Positions 18,785 through 30,875 are shown, counted from the stretch's first letter. The stretch is 52,479 nucleotides of DNA from Candidatus Woesebacteria bacterium (GCA_050123235.1 JASFHL010000009.1:1-52479), one strand, 5' to 3'. Notes: a model not told the origin generated them from the letters alone. Made by a program: numbers and translations.

Positions 18785-19569
18785 TGAAGAAAGATTTGTT
18801 GTTTTTTATTAAAAAATATTTAGCAAAGAGACCTCTTTTCTTTTCTTTGATCAGGCCTTTTGAAGCTTTATTACTTTATCAACATAAAAAATATTTAAAA
18901 ACGCCAATTATGGATTTTGGTTGTGGAGATGGTTTTTTTGCGGAACTTGTTTTTGATGAAAAAAAAATAGCTGTGGGCTTAGATCTTGAAACTAGCCGAA
19001 CTAAAGAAGCAAAAAAAAGAAGAACTTATAAAAAGCTTGTTTTTTATGATAGTAAGAGAATTCCTTTTGGAAATGCCTATTTTAAAAGCATATTTGCTAA
19101 TAGTGTACTTGAGCATTTATCTGAATTAGAAAGCAATTTGCAAGAAATAAATAGAGTTTTACAGAAAAATGGATTTTTATTAGTAACTGTAATGACTGAC
19201 AAATGGCAAGAATATTTATTAGGTTCAAAAATTTTTGGTGATTTATATCGTAGAAAAATGAAAACTAAACAAGAGCATCACAATCTTTTGTCTTATAAAG
19301 GATGGCGCAGTATATTTATAAAGGCAGGTTTTGAAATTGTAGATGAGAGAGGCTATTTAGATAAGTTTCAATCAGCTTTGATGGATTTAGCTCATTATTT
19401 GTCTTTCCCGTCTTTGCTTAGCTACTTGCTTGTAGGTAAATGGGTTTTGTGGCCTAAATGGTACAAATTATTTTTTTTAGATAAGATTGTTTTGGCTTTG
19501 GACAATCAAATCCAAACTGATATAAAAGAAGCAGCTGCAGTTTTTTATTTATTGAAAAAAATTAAATAG
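18781..19569 (+). CDS. Class I SAM-dependent methyltransferase
   Basis: DFGCGDG, VGLD, NSVLEH, EINRVL. Confidence 0.88.
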   Translation: MMKKDLLFFIKKYLAKRPLFFSLIRPFEALLLYQHKKYLKTPIMDFGCGDGFFAELVFDEKKIAVGLDLETSRTKEAKKRRTYKKLVFYDSKRIPFGNAYFKSIFANSVLEHLSELESNLQEINRVLQKNGFLLVTVMTDKWQEYLLGSKIFGDLYRRKMKTKQEHHNLLSYKGWRSIFIKAGFEIVDERGYLDKFQSALMDLAHYLSFPSLLSYLLVGKWVLWPKWYKLFFLDKIVLALDNQIQTDIKEAAAVFYLLKKIK

Positions 19570-19601
19570 TCTCCTCTAAAGAGCTTAAAAAGATTAGAGA
19601 A

Positions 19602-21383
19602 CTAATCTTTTTTTCTTATATTTTTAAAAATCATGACCTTAGGATGATCATACACAGTAAAGGTTTCATCAACTTTGTCGTCATTGAACTCAATAGGAAT
19701 CCCAAGGTATTTTAGCGAAGGATAAGAGCTGAATTCTGCAATTTTTTTATAGCCTAATTTTTCTTCAAAAAGTTGTTGATAAAATTTACTTGTTTGATGA
19801 TATTTCTCTGGAACGGTAGGAATGCTACCCCAAGCGCGATTTGAAGAAAGAATATAATAATCTGCTTTTTCTAAAAGTGGCTTAATTTTTTGCCATTTTT
19901 CTTCTGAGTCAGGATCAAAAACGGCTAACATCTCTCCTCGGAATTTTTTTCCTTCTTGATTAGTGATTAATAGAGGCAAAGCATCATCCCAGAGTTCATT
20001 GAGAATAAGACTTTGATTGTCTAAATTTTTATAAATCCATTCTGAAGCCTTGATTCTAGGATGCTGCTTAATATAAATAGACATAAACATCAGTGGCCAA
20101 ATCATTAAAACAAGACTTAAAAAGAGAGTCTTTTTCTCTTTTTGGATTTTTGGAAAATTACGGTTGATTAGCCAATTAGCTCCAATTGCTGCTAAGAAGC
20201 TCATAAAAGGATAAAGGATTATGAAATAACGCAATGCTTTGATAAATTGAATTGATTGATATAGAAAAAATATAAAAATCCAATTAATAATTATAAAAAA
20301 GATACGAGCTCCACTTTTTTTATTTTGAATTAGTTTAATTAAATAAACCAATCCAGACAATAATAATAAAAATTGAGGTAAACCAAAACCGATAAACACA
20401 AGGTTAGTAAGGGCAAAGAGAACTATTTTTTTATTAATCCATTGAATAGCTGGTGGAAAAAAAACATCTTTTCCTTCCCATGATTTAAGAGCTTTGATAT
20501 TGTTAATGAATTCAGGACTAATTTTTGGATTTAAAAGATTCTTATCAGCAAATAAATAAGGATCTACTAATCTTAATATTAAATAGCTAATTACTAGATA
20601 AAGAATTATTTTGACTAATAATTTACTTAAATTTTGACTCATTGTTTTAATAATTCTTTTTTTATTGCTATTTTTAGTAATTTCTTTCAATTGCTGTTTA
20701 ATTAGAATTAAACTTAATGATTTTTTATCTAAAGCTGCTAATAAGATTAGTGCTAAATTTAACGGCAAAATAAAAATAGCTGTGATTTTAGAAGCTAATC
20801 CTAAAGAGAGAAAAACAGCTGATAAAATAAAAGACTTTCTTTTTTTCTGCAGATAAAATTGCAAGGCAAAATAGAAACTGGCAAAGACAAATAAATTTAA
20901 AAAAGTATCAGTAGCAAAGAAATGAGAGAGTTGGATGGGTAAAACAGTAATAGCGTAGATAAATGCTGCCCAACTTTTGATAGTTTGATCTAGTTTATAT
21001 TTTTTTTCCAATAATGCTACAGTTTTATAAATTAACAATACAATCAAAAGATCAGCGATTGCAGAAAGAAATCTACCTTGGATAGTCAATTGATGATAAT
21101 TATCATTGTTTAATTTAACAGCTACGATTTTATTAATAATCAGCGGAAAGTTTCCATAAACAAAGAAATCATAACCCATGTTTCTAGGATTTAGAGTCGA
21201 AGTTTGGGGATCGAAATAAACAGCAAGAGATTTTGGGATTTTGGTTTCATTGCTGACCATGGTCAGAAAACGCTCATCAGGATGGAGATGCTGATTTTCA
21301 TCCCAATTAAGCTTGTATAACCTAAAACTTGCTGCTAAACAAAAAATGAGAATAAAAATAATTCTTCTTTTCCAATCATTCAT
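19602..21383 (-). CDS. GT-C (PMT_2/ArnT-like) glycosyltransferase
   Basis: LHPDERFL, YGNFP, QLSHFFATD, DETFTVYDHPKV; multi-TM. Confidence 0.8.
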   Translation of the reverse strand: MNDWKRRIIFILIFCLAASFRLYKLNWDENQHLHPDERFLTMVSNETKIPKSLAVYFDPQTSTLNPRNMGYDFFVYGNFPLIINKIVAVKLNNDNYHQLTIQGRFLSAIADLLIVLLIYKTVALLEKKYKLDQTIKSWAAFIYAITVLPIQLSHFFATDTFLNLFVFASFYFALQFYLQKKRKSFILSAVFLSLGLASKITAIFILPLNLALILLAALDKKSLSLILIKQQLKEITKNSNKKRIIKTMSQNLSKLLVKIILYLVISYLILRLVDPYLFADKNLLNPKISPEFINNIKALKSWEGKDVFFPPAIQWINKKIVLFALTNLVFIGFGLPQFLLLLSGLVYLIKLIQNKKSGARIFFIIINWIFIFFLYQSIQFIKALRYFIILYPFMSFLAAIGANWLINRNFPKIQKEKKTLFLSLVLMIWPLMFMSIYIKQHPRIKASEWIYKNLDNQSLILNELWDDALPLLITNQEGKKFRGEMLAVFDPDSEEKWQKIKPLLEKADYYILSSNRAWGSIPTVPEKYHQTSKFYQQLFEEKLGYKKIAEFSSYPSLKYLGIPIEFNDDKVDETFTVYDHPKVMIFKNIRKKD

Positions 21384-21452
21384 GATCTCATTATAATCTG
21401 TTTTATCTTCCTGAGTATAGCTGACTATGATATATTGCTATAGTCATTAATT

Positions 21453-23663
21453 ATGCTTGAGCATTTAAATTTAATTTTCTATTCTTGGATTCTAATTTTT
21501 TTTTGGCAGGTACTAGCCGCACCTTTTCTGATAGTAACTTTTCGTAAGAAGTTTGTAGATGCTGCTTGGGGTTTTGGCAGAATAGTTAGCTGGCTAGTAC
21601 TGGCTTCAGTTATTTGGTTTCTAGCTCACTTAACTCTAGCTGTTAACACACGATTATTTTTATGGATTCTTTTTGCAGTTTTATCTGTTTTAAGCTATTA
21701 CTTTTTTCGACGACATCGTAGGGAAATTATTGATTTTCTTAAAAAAAGGAAAAAACTTCTAATAATTGAAGAAATAATTTTTCTTTTTGGCTTTTTATTT
21801 TTGACTACTATCAGAAGTTTTAAACCAGATATTCTAGACCTTGAAAAATTCATGGATTTTGGTTTTATCATGTCCTATTTAAAATCATCAACCCTCCCCG
21901 CGATGGATATGTGGTTAGCTGGAGAAAAAATAAATTACTATACTTTTGGTCACTTTTTAGGAGCGATTGCTAGTAATTTTTGGGGTATAGAACCTAGTGT
22001 TTCCTACAATCTACTATTAGCTCTATTGATGGGACTTACCTTGATTGAAAGTTTTAGTCTAATAGTAAATCTAATAGGGCCTTTTTTAGCTAGAAAAAAA
22101 AATCTTAAATTATTAGTTGTTCCTGCTTTAGTAGCAACATTTCTAATTGGTTTTGGAGCCAATACTCATACAATTTGGTATTTTTTGGAACATCACTCTT
22201 TTAAAGCTTATTGGTATCCTGATGCCACTCGCTTTATTGAACGCACCATTCATGAGTTTCCTACTTATAGTTTTGTCGTCAGTGATTTACATGCTCACGT
22301 TTGGAGTTTGCCAATAGTTTTTTTCTTACTGCTAAATATTTATTTCTGGTTGATTAATTTATTAGCTGAATATAAAAAGGAAATTAATTTTAAAGTTAAA
22401 TATTTTTTACCTTCGATAGTTGTTGGTTTTATTTTAGGTTTGATAGTGGCTACTAGTGCCTGGGATACAGCTATTTATTCAATGGTTTTAGGGTTAATAG
22501 GCATTATTTTATTGTTTTTTAATTACAGATTTTTTCTACCTTTAGTTTTTTCAGCTCTTACTATGATCGCTATGCTCTTACTTGCTTCTAGTCCTTGGTG
22601 GTTAAACTTTGTCTCTATTTCAGAAGGGATTAAAATCGCCAAAGAACAGTCACCTCTTTGGCAATTAATTGTTTTATGGATTGGGCATGTGACTATGAGT
22701 GCTGTGGCAGCAATTTTTATTAGCAAGAGATTATTTAAAGGCAAACAGCTTAGAAATAAAGCCAACCATTTATTAGTTTTAGCATTGATTATCACAGCAT
22801 GGTTTTTATTGATAATTCCAGAATTAATCTATGTGAAAGACATCTATCCCAATCATCCTAGGGCCAATACAATGTTTAAACTAACTTTTCAGAGCATTAC
22901 TTTAATGAATTTGAGTATTGCCTATTTAATAGCTTTGTTTAGTCCTGATTTTTTTGCAGAAAAGCGTTCAGTACTGATGAAACTCCTGATGAAAAAGAGA
23001 CGACTCAGCAGAAAAAAAAGGCAAATAGTTATTTCAAGAGCTTTACTAAAAACTTGTTTTTTAATTTTTATTTTTGCTGTAGGAATTTATCCATTTTTTG
23101 CTTATAGAGACTATTATGGTATTAGATTAAAGATTAGTAGAAGTTTGGATCAAAGAACTTGGATTTTAAAAAAGCAGACAAAAGGTGAATATCTTTTCGG
23201 AGATAAAGATCATCTAGTAATTAATATTAAGGCTGATTATAAAGGACTAGATGGTGCTCAATGGTTGAAAGAGCAATACCCTGATGATTATGCAGCAATT
23301 AAATGGATGAATGAAAATGTTAAAGGTCGTCCGGTGATTATAGAAGCAGTTGGAGAAAGTTACACAAGTTTTGATAGAGTTTCTACTTTTACTGGCTTAC
23401 CAACTGTTTTAGGATGGAGAGTACATGAATGGTTATGGCGAGGTGGTTTTGACATTCCTTCCCAAAGGACTGAAGAAGTTAGAAAGGTTTATGAAGTCCC
23501 ATTGTCGCTAGAGTCTAGAAAGATTTTAAATAAATATAAGGTAGAATATATTTTCGTAGGTGATAAAGAAAAAGAAGCATATAAAAACATTGATTTAATA
23601 GGCTTAAAAGAATTAGGAAATATAGTTTTTAGAAAAGGAAACACTTTAATTATTAAGAGATAA
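21453..23663 (+). CDS. DUF2298 / YYY-type membrane protein (GT-C-like)
   Basis: EKFMDFGF, INYYTFGH, IHEFPTYSF..SDLHAH, RANTMFK, TGLPTVLGW..HEWLWR. Confidence 0.8.
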   Translation: MLEHLNLIFYSWILIFFWQVLAAPFLIVTFRKKFVDAAWGFGRIVSWLVLASVIWFLAHLTLAVNTRLFLWILFAVLSVLSYYFFRRHRREIIDFLKKRKKLLIIEEIIFLFGFLFLTTIRSFKPDILDLEKFMDFGFIMSYLKSSTLPAMDMWLAGEKINYYTFGHFLGAIASNFWGIEPSVSYNLLLALLMGLTLIESFSLIVNLIGPFLARKKNLKLLVVPALVATFLIGFGANTHTIWYFLEHHSFKAYWYPDATRFIERTIHEFPTYSFVVSDLHAHVWSLPIVFFLLLNIYFWLINLLAEYKKEINFKVKYFLPSIVVGFILGLIVATSAWDTAIYSMVLGLIGIILLFFNYRFFLPLVFSALTMIAMLLLASSPWWLNFVSISEGIKIAKEQSPLWQLIVLWIGHVTMSAVAAIFISKRLFKGKQLRNKANHLLVLALIITAWFLLIIPELIYVKDIYPNHPRANTMFKLTFQSITLMNLSIAYLIALFSPDFFAEKRSVLMKLLMKKRRLSRKKRQIVISRALLKTCFLIFIFAVGIYPFFAYRDYYGIRLKISRSLDQRTWILKKQTKGEYLFGDKDHLVINIKADYKGLDGAQWLKEQYPDDYAAIKWMNENVKGRPVIIEAVGESYTSFDRVSTFTGLPTVLGWRVHEWLWRGGFDIPSQRTEEVRKVYEVPLSLESRKILNKYKVEYIFVGDKEKEAYKNIDLIGLKELGNIVFRKGNTLIIKR

Positions 23664-23685
23664 TCTAATTAAATAGATTTTATTT

Positions 23686-24483
23686 ATGATTAATGTTTTA
23701 TTTTTAATTCCAGTTCTAGCGGCCATCGGTGCTCTTTTACTCAATAGACATAATTGTAAAAAAGAGATTTTAAAATTTGACCTTGTGCAATTTATTTATG
23801 CTTTTATTTTATCCCCATTATTTTTTATTTGGTTTAAAAGTTTTTTATTTTATTTATTAAAACAAGACTTGGGGCTTAATCTCTCACTGACAGAATTATT
23901 TGTATTTGATACTTTCTATGCTGTTATTTTTTTATTTGTTTATGCCTTCATTGTCATCCATGCTTTGACCAAGAGTTTTGAGAATAAACGTTTTGTTGAT
24001 CCTCTGGTAGATATTTTTAAACATTCTGAAGTCATCCACCTATGGATTTCTCATTTAATTATGTTTGTAGGGATGATGATTTTACTTACTTTCTTATCCG
24101 TGATCAATGTTTATTTTCCATTAAAGATAGAAGCCGAACAAGGCTCTTTTTATTTTCTTCTTTTCTTAAGTTTGCCTGCAGGAGTGGTAACTTTTGCTAC
24201 AATCTGGATAGCAAATTTTACAGAATATAAATTTATGAAATTAATGAAACTGTTTTTTGCTATATTTTTTGTTATCCATGTAGTCTTGTATTTTGTTTTT
24301 GATCCAGCATTTAATATCGCTTATTTGATGTACTGGTTTGTGTTTATAATATTTGTCATCTGTGTAATGTTTTCATTTTTCTTTGAAAAATCTGAGAAAA
24401 CAATGAGTCTATTTGATCGTTTTAGTAATAAATATAAAAAAGGATGGCGCGGTAGCAAAAAGAAATTTCTGCTTACAAAATAA
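23686..24483 (+). CDS. Hypothetical multi-pass membrane protein
   Basis: 265 aa ORF with about 7 hydrophobic segments; no recognised motif. Confidence 0.7.
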   Translation: MINVLFLIPVLAAIGALLLNRHNCKKEILKFDLVQFIYAFILSPLFFIWFKSFLFYLLKQDLGLNLSLTELFVFDTFYAVIFLFVYAFIVIHALTKSFENKRFVDPLVDIFKHSEVIHLWISHLIMFVGMMILLTFLSVINVYFPLKIEAEQGSFYFLLFLSLPAGVVTFATIWIANFTEYKFMKLMKLFFAIFFVIHVVLYFVFDPAFNIAYLMYWFVFIIFVICVMFSFFFEKSEKTMSLFDRFSNKYKKGWRGSKKKFLLTK

Positions 24484-24489
24484 AATTAT

Positions 24490-25437
24490 TTAATCAATAA
24501 GTTGAGCATATTTACTACTTACCCAGCCTATTTCACCATTAAAATCAATCTTATACCAAGCGTTTTTTTCTTCATCAAGATAATCATATTCAGTCCCTAC
24601 TTTTGCAAAACCAAGTTCTTTGCCAGTCGCAGCAGGAAAATCTCTAACTCGCAAAACTTCTTCGCCATCTTGATAAAAGTTAGTGCTTTTTATTTTCACT
24701 TTGGGGCTTAGTATTTGACTGTCAGCATTGGATGTAGAAATCTGCGCCTCTCGATTTGATTGATCTGCTACCTCTGTTTCTTCTGTGTCACCTTCATCCT
24801 TGCTTCCCTCGTCTAGTTCTGCTGAAGGAGAAGCTTGTCTTTTTTTATTTTGTTCATCACTGTTTTGCAGATTGTCGTTCATCTTAGCCAATTTAATAGA
24901 AATATTTAGACGATGACCTTTGATCAAATTGATGGTATGCTTTTGGGTTTCAAAAGATGGCAAGTTGGCTTCAAATTCATGGTGTCCTGGTTCTAAATCA
25001 CTTAAGATTAAGGGAGAAAACTGTTTTTCTTGATCATCAAATTGAATTATTACATTATCAGGGATACTTACAAAGGAAACTTCAGATTTGTTACTTTTGA
25101 TAGGTTCTAATTCATAACTCACTCCACCACTAGTCTCAGCACTTTTACCAGGTTTCCAAGTAACAACAGTTAATAAACCTTTTCTTAAATTAATCACAAT
25201 TTCGTGAGCAGTTAAGTTAGGATCATCTGGCTCGATTCTTAAATTGTATTGTCCTGGTTTGATATTTTTATCAATGAAAGGAGTTTTTTCCAGATATTGT
25301 CCATTTAAAAAAAGTGAAGCAGGTACATCATTGGTAATTACTTGTAAACCTGATTTAATTTTACTTTCTAATGGATTACAGGCAGTGAGGAAAACAGTGC
25401 TTCCTAACAGCATTAGGAAAATGAAAAGTTTTTTCAT
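24490..25437 (-). CDS. PEGA-domain / SH3b lipoprotein
   Basis: LTAC lipobox, two PEGA-like repeats, acidic linker, C-terminal LRVRD..WYKI..GWVSSKY SH3b. Confidence 0.8.
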   Translation of the reverse strand: MKKLFIFLMLLGSTVFLTACNPLESKIKSGLQVITNDVPASLFLNGQYLEKTPFIDKNIKPGQYNLRIEPDDPNLTAHEIVINLRKGLLTVVTWKPGKSAETSGGVSYELEPIKSNKSEVSFVSIPDNVIIQFDDQEKQFSPLILSDLEPGHHEFEANLPSFETQKHTINLIKGHRLNISIKLAKMNDNLQNSDEQNKKRQASPSAELDEGSKDEGDTEETEVADQSNREAQISTSNADSQILSPKVKIKSTNFYQDGEEVLRVRDFPAATGKELGFAKVGTEYDYLDEEKNAWYKIDFNGEIGWVSSKYAQLID

Positions 25438-25498
25438 GTTTGTAGTTTATCAAAGTTGTTAATTCTGAGCTACTGTAGGGGTTTCTTAGTTAAATAGT

Positions 25499-27973
25499 TC
25501 ATTTACTTAAAGCAATTTCCAAAACTTCATTCATTTCTTCCACTGCTTTAAAGGTAATATCTTTTTTGGCACTGTCTGGAATATCAACAATATCTCTTTC
25601 ATTACTTTTAGGGATAATCACAGTTTTAATACCAGCTCTGTGAGCAGCAATTACCTTTTCTTTTAAGCCACCAATTCTTAAAACCCTACCCCTTAAAGTA
25701 ATTTCTCCAGTCATGGCTACATTTTTTCTAACAGTTTTTTTGCTAAATGCAGAAACCATGGCAGTAGTAATGGTAATACCAGCTGATGGGCCATCTTTTG
25801 GGATAGCACCTTCTGGTACGTGAACATGAATATCGTGACTAGTGATGCTTTTGCTGGCAATCCCGAGTTTTTTTGCATTTGACTTAACATAAGTTAGAGC
25901 TGCTTGAGCTGATTCTTTCATCACCTCACCTAGTTTACCAGTGAGTTTAATGTTACCTTTACCTGGAGTGAGTGCTACTTCAACAAAAAGCACATCTCCC
26001 CCAACTTGAGTCCAAGCTAGACCAGTTGCTAAACCAACCTTATTTTTTTCTTCAGCTAAAGTGATATCAAATTTTTCTGGACCCAAAAATTCAGTGATGG
26101 TATTTTTATCAATAGTCAATGATCGTTTACCCTTTCTCTCTCTTTCTGATTCAATAATTTTTTTAGCTGTCTTACGAGCAATTTTACTTAAGTTTCTTTC
26201 TAATTCTCTAACTCCAGCTTCCCTAGTGTAACGTTGGGCAATATAGTTGATCATCTGGTCAGAGATTTTGAGTTGATTTGCCTTGAGACCATTATCAGCT
26301 AATACTTTTTTCAGCAAATATTTTTTGGCTATGTTAAATTTTTCTTCAAAGGTATAGCCAGGATAACGGATAATCTCTAATCTGTCTCTCAGAGCTGGCG
26401 GAATGGTCGATAAAGTATTGGCAGTAGTAATAAACATTACTTGTGATAAATCAAAAGGAATATCCAAATAGTGATCTTCAAAATTTTGGTTTTGTTCAGG
26501 ATCTAAAACCTCTAATAAGGCTGCAGAAGGATCACCTCTAAAATCTTTGCCAATTTTGTCTACTTCATCAAGCATAAAGACTGGATTCATAGTTTTAGCT
26601 TGCATTATTCCTTTAATGATCCTACCTGTCATTGCTCCCACATAGGTTTTACGATGTCCTCGAATTTCAGCCTCATCTCTGATTCCTCCAAGAGAAATTT
26701 TAGTAAATTTCCTTTTCAGTGCCTCAGCAATGGATTTTCCGATACTAGTTTTACCCACACCGGGAGGTCCAACAAAACAAAGAATAGTGGGACTAGTGAT
26801 CTTCTGACTTTTACTTTGTTTCTGTTTGAGTTGCAAAACAGCCATATATTCAAGAATCCTATCTTTGACTTTACTCAAACCATAGTGATTTTTTTCAAGA
26901 GTCTTTTCGGCTTTTTCTAAATCAATATTAGTTTTACTACTTTTCCCCCAGGGTAGATCAAAAACTACATCCAGCCAAGTTTTAACATATCCCCTCTCTG
27001 GGTTATTGACTGACATTTGTTTTAGTCGCTTGATCTCTTTGTTTACTTTACTCTTAATTTCCTCACTAAATTTAGCTTTTTTCAGTTTTTTATCATAATC
27101 TTCGCTGATTGCTTCATCATCTTCAATTTCTCCTAATTCTTTTTGAATGGTTTTTAATCTTTCTCTGAGAATATTTTCTCTCATGTGTTTGTCAAACTTA
27201 GCTTGAGTTTTATGTACCACATCTTTTTCAATCTCTAGTACCTTCATTTCTTGTGTTAAATAAGAGATGATTTTTTTAATGCGCTCCTTAACATTAGTTG
27301 TTTCCAAAAGCTTTTGTTTTTCTTTGGTTTTAATATTCAAAGTACTAGCTATTTGATCTGCTAATTCACCTTCATTAACACCGCTCATTAATCTCATAAA
27401 ATTAAGGAATTCCACAGGCTTACCCATTTGTACTATTTTTTTGAAAAGTTTTTGTAGGTGAGTAACTAAAGCTTGAGTTTCATCATCCTTAATAAGTTGG
27501 TCATAGAGTTTGCTAACATTAGCAGTCATTACTGGTCTCAAACTAGTAAAGTTATTAACTTGGATTCTACCAATACCTCTAATTAGAGCACTGACACTAT
27601 TTTCTGTTTTCAAGGTACGTTCAATAATAGCAATACTTCCAACTTGATATAAATCTTTTTTCTTGGGATCTTTAGTAGAAGGTTTTTTTTGAGTTAGCAA
27701 AACTACTAGCTTCTGTCTTTTAGCTGATTCTTTAATAGCAGCTAAAGATAATTTGCGGCCAAAAGTTAAAATTGATTCAGTATTGGGAAACAGAACACCT
27801 TCTCTGATTGGTATTACTGGCAAATTAAGTTGACTAACAGGAAGATTGATTTTTTCTTTTGATTCATCTCCTGTTAATTCAGCTTTAACCTTTTTTTCTT
27901 TGATTTGTTTAAGAATGGAGCTTAATTTTTTTTTTGGTTTTTTAGAGTTGTTTTTCTGATTATTATCTGACAT
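25499..27973 (-). CDS. lon: Lon protease
   Basis: [27 protein letters not shown] 27973 preferred over TTG 27991. Confidence 0.96.
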   Translation of the reverse strand: MSDNNQKNNSKKPKKKLSSILKQIKEKKVKAELTGDESKEKINLPVSQLNLPVIPIREGVLFPNTESILTFGRKLSLAAIKESAKRQKLVVLLTQKKPSTKDPKKKDLYQVGSIAIIERTLKTENSVSALIRGIGRIQVNNFTSLRPVMTANVSKLYDQLIKDDETQALVTHLQKLFKKIVQMGKPVEFLNFMRLMSGVNEGELADQIASTLNIKTKEKQKLLETTNVKERIKKIISYLTQEMKVLEIEKDVVHKTQAKFDKHMRENILRERLKTIQKELGEIEDDEAISEDYDKKLKKAKFSEEIKSKVNKEIKRLKQMSVNNPERGYVKTWLDVVFDLPWGKSSKTNIDLEKAEKTLEKNHYGLSKVKDRILEYMAVLQLKQKQSKSQKITSPTILCFVGPPGVGKTSIGKSIAEALKRKFTKISLGGIRDEAEIRGHRKTYVGAMTGRIIKGIMQAKTMNPVFMLDEVDKIGKDFRGDPSAALLEVLDPEQNQNFEDHYLDIPFDLSQVMFITTANTLSTIPPALRDRLEIIRYPGYTFEEKFNIAKKYLLKKVLADNGLKANQLKISDQMINYIAQRYTREAGVRELERNLSKIARKTAKKIIESERERKGKRSLTIDKNTITEFLGPEKFDITLAEEKNKVGLATGLAWTQVGGDVLFVEVALTPGKGNIKLTGKLGEVMKESAQAALTYVKSNAKKLGIASKSITSHDIHVHVPEGAIPKDGPSAGITITTAMVSAFSKKTVRKNVAMTGEITLRGRVLRIGGLKEKVIAAHRAGIKTVIIPKSNERDIVDIPDSAKKDITFKAVEEMNEVLEIALSK

Positions 27974-27992
27974 AAAATTTTTCCTTATCAAA

Positions 27993-28019
27993 TTAGCATT
28001 CTAATGCTTTGACTGCTAA
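27993..28019. promoter_or_regulatory. CIRCE (HrcA operator) upstream of lon
   Basis: TTAGCATTC-N9-GACTGCTAA vs consensus TTAGCACTC-N9-GAGTGCTAA (2 mismatches). Confidence 0.8.
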
Positions 28020-28081
28020 AAATCAAGAGAAAATTGTTTTTTTGGTAGAGATAAAATATTACATTCTTGAAGTTTTTTCTG

Positions 28082-28155
28082 TGGGTGATCATGGAGTCGA
28101 ACCATGGACCTCAGTCTTATCAGGACTGCGCTCTAACCATCTGAGCTAATCACCC
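28082..28155 (-). tRNA. tRNA-Ile(GAT), CCA not encoded
   Basis: GGGTGAT/ATCACCC acceptor, CAGTC-CTGATAA-GACTG anticodon arm. Confidence 0.95.
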
Positions 28156-28218
28156 TTTTTTATTAAATTTAAGTTTAACTTATTGCGAGATACTTCAATT
28201 TTAACGCTAATTATTCTA

Positions 28219-30777
28219 TCACAGAATTACGATTTTTTTCTTATCATAATCCACTTTTACTTTATCTCCCTCTTTCACTTTACCTTGAATAATCAACATT
28301 GATAGTTCATCAAGTAAGCTTTTCTGGATAAGTCTCTTTAAGGGTCTAGCTCCAAAGACTGGATCATAGGCAGTTTTAGCAAAATACTCAATTGCTTTGT
28401 CAGTGATAGTGATAGTGATATTTTTAGCTTTAAGTCTATCAGCTACTTTTTCTACCTGAAGTTTAACAATAGCTACAATTTCTTCTTTAGTTAACGGTTG
28501 GAAAATAATGCTTTCATCAATTCTATTTAAGAATTCTGGTCTAAATTTTTGTTTAAGTAATTGTTGAACTGTTTTTTCTTGTTTTTTGCTATCTGCCTGA
28601 TATTCTGCAATTAAATCACTCCCAAGGTTGGAAGTCATAATAATGATAGTGTTTTTAAAATCTACAGTTTTGCCTTTACTATCAGTTAATCTACCTTCAT
28701 CTAGTATTTGTAACAAAATATTAAATACTTCTGAATGAGCTTTTTCAATTTCATCAAAAAGAACAACACTGTATGGATGGCGACGCACAGCTTCTGTGAG
28801 TTGGCCACCTTCTTCATAACCAACATATCCTGGAGGCGAACCAATTAACCTTGCTACAGCATGTTTTTCCATATATTCACTCATATCAATTCTAATAATC
28901 ATTCTTTCATCATTAAATAAAAATTCTGCTAAAGTTTTAGCCAGTTCAGTTTTACCAACTCCAGTTGGTCCCAAAAAGATAAATGAAGCAATCGGCCGAT
29001 TTGCTTCGGAAATATCTGCTTTATTACGCCTAACAGCATTGGCTACTGCTTCAATAGCTTGTTTTTGCCCAACTACTCTTTTAGCTAATTCATCTTCAAG
29101 AGCAATTAATTTTTCAGTCTCTTCTTTAAGCATTTTAGTGACAGGTATCTTAGTCCAACGCGAGACTACGGCTGCAATATCTTCTTCAGTGACCTCTTCT
29201 TTTAGAATTTGGCGGTCTTTTTGAAATTTATCTAAAACTTTTTTCTGAGCTTCGGCACGCTTTTTTAATTCAGGGATTTTGCCATATCTAATTGCCGCAA
29301 CTTTTTCTAATTCATAGTTGCGTTCGAGTTGTTTAGCTTCTTCTTCTAGTTTGTCTATTTCTTTACTAATAGCTTTTAATTCATCAATGATTTCTTTTTC
29401 ACGCTTCCAATGTAATTCAAGTTCTCTTAGTTCTTCTTTGATCTCTGAAGCCTGTTTTTCAATTTCAGTTAGCCTTTTTTTGCTTTGTTCATCTTTTTCT
29501 TTTTTAAGTGCTTGTTTTTCGATTTCTAATTGTCTTAATTTTCTTTCTAATTGATCAATGGCACTAGGTTTGCTGTCAATCTCAATCCTAATAGCACTGG
29601 CAGCTTCATCCATCAGATCAATTGCTTTGTCAGGCAAAAAGCGGTCAGAGATATAACGATCAGAAAGCTTAACTGCGGCGATAATAGCATTGTCTCTAAT
29701 CCTGACTCCGTGATGAGCTTCATACTTGTCTTTAATGCCTCTTAAAATAGAAATGGCATCATCTACTGATGGTTCATCTACCATCACTGGTTGAAAACGT
29801 CTTTCCAAAGCAGCGTCTTTTTCAATATATTTACGATATTCTTTAAGAGTGGTAGCGCCGATAGTGCGTAAAGTTCCTCTAGCTAAGGCTGGTTTAAGCA
29901 GATTGCCTGCATCGGTACTCCCTTCCTGCGCACCAGCTCCAACAATGGTATGGAGTTCATCAATAAAAAGGATAATTTGACCTTCAGTTCCTTCAATTTC
30001 TTTAATCACAGCTTTGAGTCGATCTTCAAATTCACCTCTATACTTAGCACCAGCAATCAATGAGCCCATATCTAAGGCCAGTATTTTTTTATTTTTTAGA
30101 GCATCAGGGACGTCATTGTCTATGATTTTTTTAGCCAAACCCTCCACGATAGCAGTTTTACCAGTGCCTGGTTCTCCAACTAAAACAGGATTATTCTTAG
30201 TACGTCTAGAGAGAATTTGAGTGATTCTGCGAATTTCAGCATCTCTGCCAATCACAGGATCAATTTTACCTTGTTTGGCTAGTTCAGTAAAATTTTGAGT
30301 ATACTTTTCTAAAGCCTGGTATTTACCTTCTGGATCACGATCAGTTACTTTTTGATTGCCACGAATTTTTTTAAGGGCATTTAAAATTTGCTTTTTATCA
30401 AGATCTAATAATTGATTTACCTGTTTATCAGTTAATAAGGCTAAAAATAAATGTTCGGTACTAATGTAATCATCTTGGAGTTTAGAAGCTTCAGTTTCAG
30501 CTTGATTAAATACCTTTTGTAGCTCTGATGATAAATAAGCCTGAGTAGGTCCAGAAATAGTTGCTAATTTACTAAGCTCATCTTTGACTTTTTGACTGAT
30601 TGTTTTTGGATTTTTTTCTAATTTTTGTAAAAGAGTAGGTACTAGTCCTCCGCTTTGTTCTAATAGTACTAATAACAAATGGAAAGGCATCAAAGCTTGA
30701 TGAGATAATTTGCCTGCCAGTTGCATTGCCCCCTGTATTGCTTCAGCTGATTTGGTGGTGAAATTGTTTAAATTCAT
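28219..30777 (-). CDS. clpB: Chaperone ClpB
   Basis: Two AAA+ modules ([16 protein letters not shown]), long coiled-coil M domain, GYVGYEEGG. Confidence 0.96.
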   Translation of the reverse strand: MNLNNFTTKSAEAIQGAMQLAGKLSHQALMPFHLLLVLLEQSGGLVPTLLQKLEKNPKTISQKVKDELSKLATISGPTQAYLSSELQKVFNQAETEASKLQDDYISTEHLFLALLTDKQVNQLLDLDKKQILNALKKIRGNQKVTDRDPEGKYQALEKYTQNFTELAKQGKIDPVIGRDAEIRRITQILSRRTKNNPVLVGEPGTGKTAIVEGLAKKIIDNDVPDALKNKKILALDMGSLIAGAKYRGEFEDRLKAVIKEIEGTEGQIILFIDELHTIVGAGAQEGSTDAGNLLKPALARGTLRTIGATTLKEYRKYIEKDAALERRFQPVMVDEPSVDDAISILRGIKDKYEAHHGVRIRDNAIIAAVKLSDRYISDRFLPDKAIDLMDEAASAIRIEIDSKPSAIDQLERKLRQLEIEKQALKKEKDEQSKKRLTEIEKQASEIKEELRELELHWKREKEIIDELKAISKEIDKLEEEAKQLERNYELEKVAAIRYGKIPELKKRAEAQKKVLDKFQKDRQILKEEVTEEDIAAVVSRWTKIPVTKMLKEETEKLIALEDELAKRVVGQKQAIEAVANAVRRNKADISEANRPIASFIFLGPTGVGKTELAKTLAEFLFNDERMIIRIDMSEYMEKHAVARLIGSPPGYVGYEEGGQLTEAVRRHPYSVVLFDEIEKAHSEVFNILLQILDEGRLTDSKGKTVDFKNTIIIMTSNLGSDLIAEYQADSKKQEKTVQQLLKQKFRPEFLNRIDESIIFQPLTKEEIVAIVKLQVEKVADRLKAKNITITITDKAIEYFAKTAYDPVFGARPLKRLIQKSLLDELSMLIIQGKVKEGDKVKVDYDKKKIVIL

Positions 30778-30848
30778 AAGACTGTTAAATTTTTTTTATA
30801 AATTTAAGTTAATTTTATTAATAATTTGATTTTTTGGGAAGGGTCAAA

Positions 30849-30875
30849 TTAGCAGAGTTGAATAAGGAGTGCTAA
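30849..30875. promoter_or_regulatory. CIRCE (HrcA operator) upstream of clpB
   Basis: Minus strand TTAGCACTC-N9-CTCTGCTAA: one perfect arm. Confidence 0.8.

Noticed and set aside
28164-30810. Direct repeat TAAATTTAAGTT on both sides of clpB (28164-28175, 30799-30810) as a target-site duplication
   Set aside because: Nearly all A/T in an AT-rich genome, and the clpB CIRCE lies outside it; chance is plausible.
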